A stretch of 63,140 bases of DNA, the filler included, from Octopus bimaculoides (taxonomy: Eukaryota): assembly GCF_001194135.2 (NCBI RefSeq). It is 4 parts of 4 records of this genome, joined end to end, with 100 filler letters (N's around TTAATTAATTAA, not from the genome) between each part and the next. Parts side by side here need not be neighbours in the genome. Positions count along the whole stretch, not along the records: positions 1 to 31,324 come from NW_026439423.1; 3 more parts are not named here. The stretch is one strand, 5' to 3'. Numbering within the stretch: position 1 is the stretch's first letter; every line of letters starts with the position of its first letter. This document shows, in pieces, positions 12,001 through 23,664 of this stretch. Position numbers and translations under genes: made by a program. The notes beneath the pieces are model-generated. The model worked only from the letters and a program-made list of their open reading frames with translations, had not been told where the DNA came from and ran no database searches.

Positions 12001-14642
12001 ATATGTGGTATAAAATGCTTAAATAGATCTACTATTTATTTAGGATATTATCTGCCAGATAGTATTTATTGAAACCTGTTTAATCCTTCAGATCTTTGGT
12101 GTTTTAAAATATCCGGTTTCCAACGGAATATTAATCGCCAGGTTATTTTTGGATAGCAACCAATTCTTTATGTTGGCTGCAGATATAGGTGAAGATGTAG
12201 CTGTGTGGTTACATATAGTGCTTTTTATCAAGCCTGGTTTCAGGTTCGACCCCACTGTGGAGCATTTTGCACAAGTGCCTTCTATTGCTTCAAGCTGACC
12301 AAAGCTTTGTGGGTGGTTTTTGGTTGGCCTGGCCAAGGAGTATGTTGCCTTAAAAACAGCTGAGGATTACACGAAGGGAATATGACCGTTGAAAATCTTT
12401 GTCCGACTGGTGCATGGAATGGTGATGACTTCTAAATGATAATTCATAATCATTAGAGCATCGGATTTTGATCCATGGTAATCGTTCCAGCTCTATATAC
12501 TCTAAGTTCAGATCGCATCACAGTCGATTTGGCCTTTCGTTCCTTTTGAGACCGATAAAGTATTGGTCTTTTTTCACTCTGCCCGTCTGTCTGATTTACT
12601 CACTGGGGTCAATGGTAATCCACTACCCCCTTCCCCTAAATTTCAGGCCCTTGTACCCCCCCCCCCTGTAGAAAAAGTTATTATACTTAGTGGCATTTCG
12701 TCTGTCTTTCCGTTCTGAGTTCAAATTCCGCTGTGGCCGGCAGCCCCTCTCCCCCCTCCAATTTTAAAATGGTGGCCTTTCGCCAGAATTAAAATTATTA
12801 AGGCAGTGAGTCGGCAGAATCGTTTGTACGTTGTACAAAATACTTACTGACGTTTCGTTTGTCTTTGTTCCGGGTTCGAATTCACCCGACGTGGAGCTGG
12901 CCTTTCGCCTTTCGGGATTGATAATCCTAACGCTAGCCGGTTCCGCTAAACCCCCAGAGTAGTGCTCCAGCGTAGCCGTAATCCAATGGCAGGCACGTGC
13001 TTGTGTGTGTGTGTGCAGCTGTATACTTCATGCGTAGTTAAATCTTTGATTTTTGTGATAAAACACAAGTCGTAAAATTTGCTGACGCACCCTCACGTGT
13101 GAAGTTATGAAAAAGTTTTATTTACTGACTTGAAAATATATCGGGAATCTATTGTGTATTGTCTGTCAGAAATTATGAAAAGCTCGGTGTTTCAGAAAAT
13201 CTTTAAAAATTCTATTTTTAAAATGTAGGGCGACAGATGTGTTGTCCACTTAACTGGTTTTTATATTTTAAACTACGTAGAAACATGTTTTAGATTCAAT
13301 AGCCGTTTATGGATAAATAATCTTTTCCTATGTGTGTGTGTATATATATATAATCCAAAATGTACAGTGTTATATAACAATCACGGCTGATCTTAGCTAA
13401 TCGGTTTCACGCAAGATTGGTAAGATCATCCGTGATGGGAGTGGTATATGATGTGCATAGTTGAATAGTTGGTGTAACCATTGGTGATCTGATGAGCGAG
13501 ATTTCTTTATTTGCGTCAATTTGTGAATGTACAGTTGTATAATGCAGGACACATTTAAGCATTTGTTCTACGCTGATATTAATACTAATCAGAAAAAGTT
13601 GCGAAACGGCTGTAACCCTAAGAATGTTACTTGGTTAAATATATATATTTACTTCCTGTCTTGAATGTTGGTTTTGTTAAATTTTCCGGTTTTATTTTTA
13701 TAAAAATGTTACAAATAGGTAAATATTTCGTGAAGGACCCGTTCGTATCCCTGAAAATGTTCGTCCCCCCCCCCCCNNNNNNNNNNNNNNNNTCAACGTA
13801 TCTGACCCCCAAACCCGCCGCAAGACACTTTTTTTTTCAAGGGAGGAGGGGTGGGTGGCGGAGACCTCGGTGGTTTCCCACCATCGGTTGTCCAAGTTAT
13901 TTCGCATACTTTCAATGACTGACGTCGAAATCCCGCGTAAACGGCTCCTTTCCCCAGACACGTTGAATGCTCTCGATTAGATTGTGGTCATTAAATGCCT
14001 GGGTGGCCTTCGCGTGTGTCTGTATATGTATGAACACGATGCTATAGTTGAGATGTTTTATTTTGGTCGAGTCAATTTCGCCTGTGGATTGCCTGAAGAT
14101 CCTCTGCACCTACACATGAAACTGGATAGGTGACGGACTCGACCAAAATTATACATGTTGTGTAGTTCAGATATTTAAGGAGTTTTTCGGTGTTTAAATG
14201 TCGAGTCCGTCTGTGTAGTGGGTCATCTCTGAGGCGGAGGTAAAGAATACGTACACACTACCGGTTTTTCGGCGTAACAAAACCCCTAACCACTGGATGT
14301 ATGTATTCTTTACTTTCGCCAATTACCGTTGCGATCTTTTGAGGTGAGACACAAGCGAGGAATGAGTGTTTATAGATATCTGCAAATCTACAATTTGATT
14401 TATTCCTTACTGAAATGTGTAGAAAACAATATTTTAAGATTCTCTTGAATGAGCACTTGGTGCGTGTATCATATTTTCACCTGGACATATTTATTTACCA
14501 TACGTCTATAGTTAGCTAAGACTGTATTCATAGGTTTAATTCCATCCTCTCTCTATAGTGTATGTGTGTGTGTAAAACCCTTTTTTTGTATTTATTTTAC
14601 TCGTGTATATATATATATATATATATATATATNNNNNNNNNN

Positions 14643-14687
<45 letters not shown>

Positions 14688-14881
14688 GACGCGCGCAGTG
14701 TGTGTAATATGTACTTAGTTGCCTGCTCTCGTATATTTTGGTCATCTGATTTCATCCTTTTTAGACTAGTTTTCTATAGGTTATATATATGTATATATAG
14801 ATATTTCTGTCTGTAATTCGTCGAATATATTACTCTACTTAGGCTATATAATTTTCTGTTGGGCTGCAACAAATCTCTCAC

Positions 14882-14912
<31 letters not shown>

Positions 14913-16825
14913 TACCCTATCTATTGAATTCCGTTCTGCTACTTGCTATTAATGTTGCTTTTGGAAATTCAAGAAGCATAGACCAGTTTTAGATACGAAA
15001 GTGTGTATGTATATGCATGTATGTATATCTGTGTGTGTGTGTGTGTGTGATAGTGCGTTTATTTGTTAAATCGATACTAAATATTTCTTTGTTCTGTTGA
15101 AAGCCATATGAAGTGTGCTCTGTGTTAGTATAATTACTAATTTTATAAATATGTCTGTGTACTGTGTATTTTTTATTATTATTTTTTTTAATTGATGTGT
15201 AGTCAACAATGAGCTTATGTGGATGATGGTGATAAAGCAAATCCTGATAGAGAACAATGGTTTTTTTTTTTTTGTTCTGCAACACCCAAACCTTTCTTTC
15301 ATAATGGTGGGGTTTTGATATTTTTGTTTAAATGGTTTCAAACAATATAAAATGGCGAGGATGGCAAATCTAATGGAGATAAATGACAAAAATAAGTATT
15401 TTCTCTCTCTCTCCTCCACTATTTTTCGCGTGACTTTTGTGCCATTAATTTGAATCAACCGTCCATCATGAAGACCGGCATTTGCCTCCTCCTTTGTTGT
15501 ATCAAATACTGCCTCCTCCTCATCATCATAGTACTACACTAAGCCTCTGTGTGTGTGTGTGTTCGTATTTAAAATCTTCAGTGGCTTTGCTGGGACATTG
15601 TCTTAAATTGTTTTAGTTAAATGAATCGAACCCCTGTACTTAGCTGCTTTTTTATAGTCATTTTTGCCGAACCGCTACGTCGCAGGGACATAAAAAAAAA
15701 ACACGACAGGTTTTTTTCTGTATACCAAATCTATTCAAAAGGCTCTGGACGGCTCGGGGCTGTAATAGGTGCCGCAGATTTGAACTGAACCCAGAGATGT
15801 GTGGTTGGGAAGTTGGCACTACTTAAATACACAGGTCCCGTAGGGTTAGTTTTTAGGGACCTCTAAATAGTATCGCAAACTTGCCACACCTGCACACACA
15901 AAGTTCCTGGCTTTTGGGTAACAGAAAATACAGGAGGATCAGTTAATTACGATTTTATTCAACACAATTCCCCGTCTCGGGTTCGCGCACTTATTACAGC
16001 GGGTCCTTCAGTTTTTCTAAGCCCTGTAAAAAAAGAACTCTGCTTCCAACCAGGCCAGGTGTGTCTAAGTAGATAAGAGGGAGTATTGTTCCTCTATCGC
16101 CAGTAGTGGGCACGAAGAACAAAGTAAAAAAACTAAACTCTGATTGCAATAAGAAACTAATTAAGAAATATTTTAAATTGTTTTAATTGTTTGTTCGTAA
16201 GACCCACGATGGGTGCGGTTGCATTTTATGTTATGTCGACACACTCAGAGGAAGAGAATGTTGATCAGGCAAGATCTCCGTTCGTTCTTTATCTTCCGTT
16301 GGTGAGGCTGTAAGCCGGAGGAGGTCTGGCTGCTGTTGCTAGCATTTCTGAAAGACCTTGGGATGCGAGGAGGCTTCCAGATGCTCTTGTCTCACAATAG
16401 CCGTTGTTTGGTTCTGTTCACTAAAATAGAATGTTTTTGTCTGTCTATCAGTCATCCATCACGTGTCAGATTACACATACGTAAATGAGTGCACGTGTTA
16501 TACATATATATATGTGTGTGTGTATATATATATAAATGAATTAAGCGTACCTAACGAGAGTGCGAGTTATCTTATGTGATACATGTGTTGATCTAGTTGG
16601 GAATATAGCGATTCTATTATCGGTTTTAACCCGTCTCTGGCCATGCTGGAGCACCACCATCGATGTGTCTACATTTCGAATAAGAGGCAGATTGTCTTTT
16701 TTGTTTTATATATCCATAGTCATTCTCTTTCCTGGTCTATATGTACATATATAAATATATATACACATACACTATTGTCCGCTTCAACCAATCTGTAGGC
16801 AGGCATTTTTCAGTTTATATATAAA

Positions 16826-16901
<76 letters not shown>

Positions 16902-17479
16902 ATTGGCCATTATTTAACTGAATTCTGCGGTTCTTAATTTCAGGTTTCGTTGGTCGTTACAAGTATTGCTCAGATATTATACACACGCACACACAAATAT
17001 ATATACACACACACATATACATACACACGCACACACAATTATATATATATATATAGCAGCGGTCTCTACAAGGCTTCGGCAGCTTAACGTGCTTTGAGAT
17101 AAAAACGTGTTTCGCTCTTCCAACAACCACCATGAATTAAAAGCAAAAGAAAAGAAAATCTGGCGTGAAACTAAATATTAAATCAATTTATTTTCTAGCT
17201 TCCTACTCTACATTATCACATCTGTGTCGCCGAACATTTAATTTTTATTATTATAATAAATAACAAGGCCGACGGTATGAAAACGTGAGCGGCACCAGCT
17301 CTTGTGATTTCTAACATGACACTGATTTCTCGTCATAAAAGTAGCCATTTTTACCTCATCGTCGGCATCAATATCGGCCTTTTTTATTTTGTGTTATATT
17401 AAGGTTTATTCAGGAGAAAACGGTTATTTTTAAATGATGTGGTTAGTTTATTTTCATAAGATTTCGGGTTGGTTAAGCT

Positions 17480-17655
17480 AGACTGTATTTTTCTGGAATT
17501 ATTTGAAAATTGACAGACTGTGAGGCAATGAAGGCGGGGAGGAAGGAGGTATTTTTCTTTGTAACGCGTTGTTATCGGTTGGTGGTGGCGGTGTTGCAGC
17601 CAGTTAACTGCTGTAGTAGTAATAGTAGTAGTAGTAGTAGTAGAATGCAGTGGTG
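17480..17655 (+). promoter_or_regulatory. Candidate promoter / non-coding first exon of the RRM gene
   Basis: CpG-rich unique sequence ending in a strong donor gtg|gtgagt at 17656. A second candidate 5'UTR donor gag|gtaaaa lies at 18340. Confidence 0.35.
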
Positions 17656-20441
17656 GTGAGTGTTGATAGTAGTAGTGCCTGCTCTGCTGCTAACAACAAC
17701 GTCGGTCGCCGCCGCCTCAATCCGACCGAGTAGAAGGATGACCTAAAAATAACAGGAGCAAACGAAGCAGCCAGCTTTAGCTTAGCTATCTCTCTTATCT
17801 TGCTGGGAGGGAGGAGGTTTGCGAGAGGGGAGAAAGAAAGTGTGAGAGCGACGTACAGACAGACACGTGCTCCTACTCCCATGCTTTCTCTTCTTCCTGC
17901 TTTTAACTATTTATAAATTTAGACCGTTTCTAAAAAGAATGTATGAAACTTGGAATTTTTTTTACACTCGGCATTAACCCATATAATCTAAATAGGTCTT
18001 TACATCTTTTCTCTCTCGTTCTTGCGCGCGCGCGTGTGTGTGTGTATATATATATATACCTACCTATCTAGCTCTCTTTCTCTATATTATATATATAATA
18101 TCCCACTATAGTAGTTTTCGTCAATAGACAGTCGTTTGAATTTTCGAATCGTAATATTCTGCCCCAATACGCTTCCCTCCTCCCTAATACTGTTGTCTCC
18201 CACTCCCCCCCTCTCTGCTGCCTCCCACCTCCATACTACTACCACCACTAAGTGCCATAGCTGCGGTGTTGCAGCTTCCCAGCCACCCCTCCCTCCGACC
18301 CATCGCCTCGTTTTTGCTCGATCCCCCCCCCCCTCCGAGGTAAAAGTGCTAATGTTTGAAAAGGATGTTTCGTGAAGAGAGAACAAAGACTTCTTCCCTG
18401 GCTTGCTTGCTTATTGCAACATCACGTGACTGCTGTTGCTGCTGACACATGCGCAGTCAGCAACCGGTCTGCGCCGTGCAGATTGCCGAATTGCATTAAA
18501 ATTCTATCACCCCCACTTGACCGTATCTGGAATCTCTTGGTCCATACTCTATATGTCAAGACTACACTAGTGATGGTGGTGTTTGGTTAGACTTGGGGTA
18601 AGGAGGGGGTTGAACTAGCCATGACCAATATACTTAGCACATTGACAGTGACTCCCTCATTCCCTTAACTTCCTGGAAAAAATTTTTTTTTTTGAAATTT
18701 TCCGATAATGTAAGGTTATGATTTTATCGGAATTCGGTGTAGGAAAAGGTGGTGGAACAAGCGGGTACATCACACATCTTGACATCGATATATTGGTTAT
18801 ACAATTGTTTCCAATTTACTGTATATGGCTTTCATCCTGTCTTTTCTGGGATTTAAGGAAAATATTCCAAGCCTGTTGCTATTATTTGAAGAAAGAAAAT
18901 TATCCGATATAGGCCTTAGAATATATCCCTGTGATCCTTGCTGTTTCTAGCATACTAAGTGACCACATAAGCTACCTGAATTTATTTCAACCCTATCAGA
19001 CCCAAATATTTTGTTTCGTTCAAACCTGTTACATTTGGCCTCTCACACCTACCCTGCAATGTCATTCTAGTAATGAGCGATTTCATCTGATAGAGTAATC
19101 TGAATGCTAAAGGGTTTGAAGAAAGTTTTTTCATGTCATGTGAAACTTATTTGTGGAAAATTTCATTAAAATTACCAATTTTCCGCCCTGCACATACATA
19201 GATTTTCATATCAAATTCCGATATCACAAGCCACACCATTTGGAATATATTTGTTGAAAATTTCATTAAAAAACCATTTTTCAGAGAACTGGTGGGGTAA
19301 CAGTTGGGTGGGGGTGGGGGCACTTCTGTAGTTATTGCTGACATTTCGTTCCCAAGTTCTTGATAATACTGTTGTATTAAGGGATCTTGAGTTTCCTATG
19401 CACTTTGGTAACTTGAACTGTCCTTAAACCTGTAAGGAGTACAGTTACACCAGTTGTTTCCTCGCATAGGGAGGAGGATGTCTGGAAAATACTGATGAAT
19501 AAGCAAATTATATACGTTCTTGTGTTAGATTCCATAATTGTAAATTAATTATACATGGCTCTGAGACAGCAAGCTGGCAGAAATGTTTAGTAGCTTTTCA
19601 TTTGAGGTAATTGTGATCAATTAGCCCCCTCTTGCTAAAATTTCAGGCCTTGTGCTTATAGTAGGAAAGAAGCAACCAGGTTGGTAGCGATTGGAGTGAA
19701 TTTGATTATAGGATGAAAACACTCATTAACTAAAAGAAAGGAGAATTAATAAGATTGTCAAATTTAGCCTGAACTCTCCGCATAAGTTGACAAAAAATCT
19801 GACCTATGCAAGACAAAATATAGTTCAAAATGGGCTCAGTAAGCAACTTTATAAAAATTTAAAAAGTTTTCTGTAGTGTGGATTATGAAGAATTGCATCT
19901 AAGATCTCACTCTCAGCTTTTCCTCCCCTCTTTAAAATGAATATTTTTGAATGAGGTTTTCAGGTGTGTGCTCCGTGCTGTTAATGTATCCAGCATAAAG
20001 CTGTTGTGTACTTTTCAGTATTGTGGATTGTGATGGCAAATGTCCCGTTTTTATTCACAGAATTAACATCCTTTCAAACTGAAACCTCGGTGTGGGTAAG
20101 AAACTAGCTTCCCCCGCCATGGATTCAGTACCACTGCATAACACTTTGGGCATATGTCTTCTGCTATTACACTGGGGGTGAGTAAGACTTTGAGTGGATT
20201 TTGTAGACAGAAACTGAAAGAAGTTTGAGTGTTGTGGGAGTGTTTCTATGCTTCGTTTCTGCTTTTTTTTAAATGTGGCTTACCTGTTCAGCAAGCGGGG
20301 GTGTTACCCCTACATGGAAAATGGTTTGACCTGTGTATATATTTTACAATAGACAAGATTCTGGTGTTTGATTTGTAATTAGGGCTTTTCCTTTTACCCT
20401 GTGGTGAATATTTTCTTTGATTTTTTTTACAGTAAAGAAAC

Positions 20442-20595
20442 ATGTCTACAGAAGATCTCCAACAGACCATTGTCAATGATGATGATGACGAGGTTGAAGA
20501 GGTAACCCAGGGAGATATGGAAACTGGGACCATACCTCTTGATGATGAAGAGAAAGTGGAAGGTGATGTTCCCATGGAAGACAGCAATGTGGAAG
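20442..20595 (+). CDS. RRM gene coding exon 1 (acidic N-terminus)
   Basis: Acceptor ttttttttacag| at 20432, ATG at 20442, donor |gtaaga at 20596; 154 nt ending in phase 1. Confidence 0.85.
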
Positions 20596-23500
20596 GTAAG
20601 ATAATTCTAGTTCCCCACCCCAACACCCTTCAATACTTGCAGTTTTTCTTCAGTGAGGTCTTATAAACAAATTGTAGTGCCAACTGAATAATATAATTAT
20701 TGGGAAGTGATAACTTTGACTCTTCTGTTAAGTTCTCTCTTGGCCCCTATCCAGCTAAGAGGCTAGTATTTAGTACCCCCTCTTTTCATCCTTTTGTTAG
20801 CATATTTCTATTGAAAGCAATAGAGAATTTAGTAAAGTCATTATTAAGTTGGGTGTTTGGAACATAAATTAACAAGAAATTTTGATGGAAGACCACTTCA
20901 AACCCTTTTCTTACCATATTTATGTTAAAGTACTACATTATCATTCCATGAGTAGGGTGGTTTGATCAGAGCTGGGGGGCTGCAGCAGACTCCAGTCTGA
21001 TTTGGCCTGGTTATGACAGCAGGGTGCTTTTACTGGCACCAACATGAGTGCTTTACATCACCAGAGGGACCAACTGCCTGTTCCAATGAAAATCCTGAAA
21101 GGTTTTAATTTAGATCACTTTAACATCTTTTAGTAGGCCTATAATGTTATAATTGGTTTAGATTAAAGAATAAGGACATTTTGAGTTATCCCTTGTTTGG
21201 TATTGTCTCCCTGTGAACAAGATTTCTCTTCTTGTCTAATTTTGTTTTCCTTTCCGTTTTTGACAGAGAAGAAAGATGATGCTGAAAAGAAAGAGGAAGA
21301 GGATGACAATACATTTAATTTGAGTGAGTGTTGTGGAGTTTTTCCTTTTTCTTTTAAAGCTCTGTGTTGGGTGGGAAATGTTTGAGCAGGTCGTGGTGGT
21401 CGGTTTACACTGGCCAGATCCAGACCTCCACTTCTGCTCTACAATATCATTCTGAAAATAAGCAGTCACCTTGACGCTTCAAGATACCACCACGTAAACT
21501 TTTAGTTGTTTGTCATTTGACTGGCCATGCTGGAGCACCATCTTGTCAAATGGTTCAACCCCCACGACTTCTTCCTTGCAAACCTAGTACTTATTCTATC
21601 GGTGTCTTTTGCCGAATTGCTAAGTTACAGGGCCGTAAGCACCATCAGTTGTCAAGCGATGGTTGGGGACAAACACAAATACATACATATATGATAGGCT
21701 TCTTTCAGTTTCCATCTGATTTTTAAAAATTTTATGTAAATAAGCATTTCATTTTGAGTTAATCTGAATGCTAAAGGGTTAAACTGATCCAACAATGTCA
21801 TTGAAGATGCAATCACATTGTTGAAATCTGAAAACTATGAGATAATGCCTGATTAATTCTAATCAACGTGAATGAATATGCATTGCATCGGTCAGTAGTC
21901 TGAAGCACCATTTTCATGAAAGTTGCACCAAAGCAAGTTTTCAAGAATGGCCAGATAAATCACTCTGTGAAAGGTGTCGTTGAAATGGTCTGGTTGTCCT
22001 GCAGTGGCGGGGTCACAAAGACATGCACACAACAGGCTTGTTTTCAGTTTTTACCTACAAAATCCGCTCAAGGTTTAGGCCTTCCTGAGGCTATATTATA
22101 AGACTCCAGTCAAAGGGCCATGCAGCAGGACTGAACCCAAGGTCATGTGACTTCTGACACAGACCCACCTGCACCTAATGTTTAAAGTTTACTGTTTAGA
22201 ATATTTTGTAATTTGTGTCGCACAAGGATGGCCTTTTCCTTCGTGTCGGAAGATTTGGTTGAGTGTTTACTTTGTTTTTTTGTGTTCCGTCAGTGAGAGG
22301 GGTGGGTGTGAATAAACTTTCTTTTCTTGTGTCGCTGTAGGACGTCCATACCCCAACCTGTTGACAATTCATAAACTAAAACTGGAGGACATCAAGGTTG
22401 CTGTGTCCGAGTTGTCTGATTACTGGGATGATTCCTGTTTGACCATCAGATACATTAAGGAGAAGTCTGGTGTTAGGAAAGGGTAAGTATCCCTATTTCT
22501 CTCTCCCTTTTTTTTGTTTTTATGCCCTGGTCGTTGTTCAGCTGTATGCCCATGTCAAAGAAAAGTACTATGAAATATTAGTGGTTGTTGAGGTGGTCAG
22601 CTAGCAGTGCATGCTGGGCAAAATGCCTCAGCTTCCTGTGTCTACCTCTTCCACAGGTTCCCTAACTTCCTAGTTAGCCTTCCTTTGATATTGCTGCACC
22701 TCTTATGTGTCCATAGCTAACACTGGGTACATCTTACAAAGTTTCTACCTACGCCTTTTCTACAGATCGAGCAGGGCCATCTGCCTGAAGGGGTTTGTGG
22801 TTTGTCTACCTTCCTACTAATTCGGACTTTGGTTTTAGCTAGGTTGCCTCCAAGGCCCTTCGATTCTAATCCTTGCTTCCACACCTGAAACTTCTCCTAG
22901 TTCTTATAGTGACTCAGCAATTAAAGCAAGAGGAGCTCCCAGGGCCATTCTATCTTGAATTCCTCTGTATCAGCTTTGCCCTTTCTCAAAATTTGCAAGG
23001 GCAAGCTGACAGAATTCTGCCTTGGTCAGCTTCACCATTTTTAGCCTTTTGAGGGCCAGTGAAATAAGCACTGGTTAGCAGTTGGTGTAATCAAACTCCG
23101 TCCATAACCCTTTGACATTTAAAACTGGCCAAATCCTGCCCCCCACACCCCAAAAAACCTGACCTGATCCAGGCATTAAAAAAAAAAAGGGCTTCAGGCC
23201 TTTCACCTCAAATAGGAAAGATTATTACCTCCCCCTAATCTATTACAGGTTCATGCGGATGAAGTTTCCTTCAGAAGAAGCTGCCGAGGTTGTGTTTAAC
23301 AAGCTGATGCCCATGGAAATCAATGGGAAGACCTTTGAATATGAACCTACAACTGAGGGTGAGTTGTCTTTACAGTCCTGGTCGTTGTGGTGGTGGTTTT
23401 TGTCTCAACACATTTAGAATATCTAGTTTCACCTAATGATCATAATATATTTCCCTTCGCATATATCACCTGCCTCTCTAATCCTCTGTGCCACCCTTGG

Positions 23501-23626
23501 AATCATGGTACCGTGGCATTTCATGGCGCCGTGTGTTAAGGGCTTGGCTTGTTTACTAGATTAATAACAATAATTGGTGGCCACCACTTGATTAGAATTT
23601 CTGTATTTAAAACTCCATGCAATATA

Positions 23627-23664
<38 letters not shown>

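Noticed and set aside
12498-12545. ATACTCT..TTCAGATCGCAT..GCCTTT resembling the U5 snRNA 5' half
   Set aside because: The flanks continue as the third SINE family (B-box gttcaaattcc-like, gataaa, cactggggtc), and the U5 loop I and Sm site are absent
15066-15530. Minus-strand ORF with an acidic start and hydrophobic stretch (YDDEEEAVF...YLFLSFISIRFAILAILYCL)
   Set aside because: No credible acceptor or ATG, it runs into A-rich/microsatellite sequence, and there is no recognisable homology
19294-19320. G-quadruplex-like run in RRM intron 1
   Set aside because: First loop is 8 nt, and such G-runs are common here; no further support
19488-19566. TGATGA...CTGA pair about 75 nt apart
   Set aside because: No terminal stem, non-purine before box C, no recognisable guide
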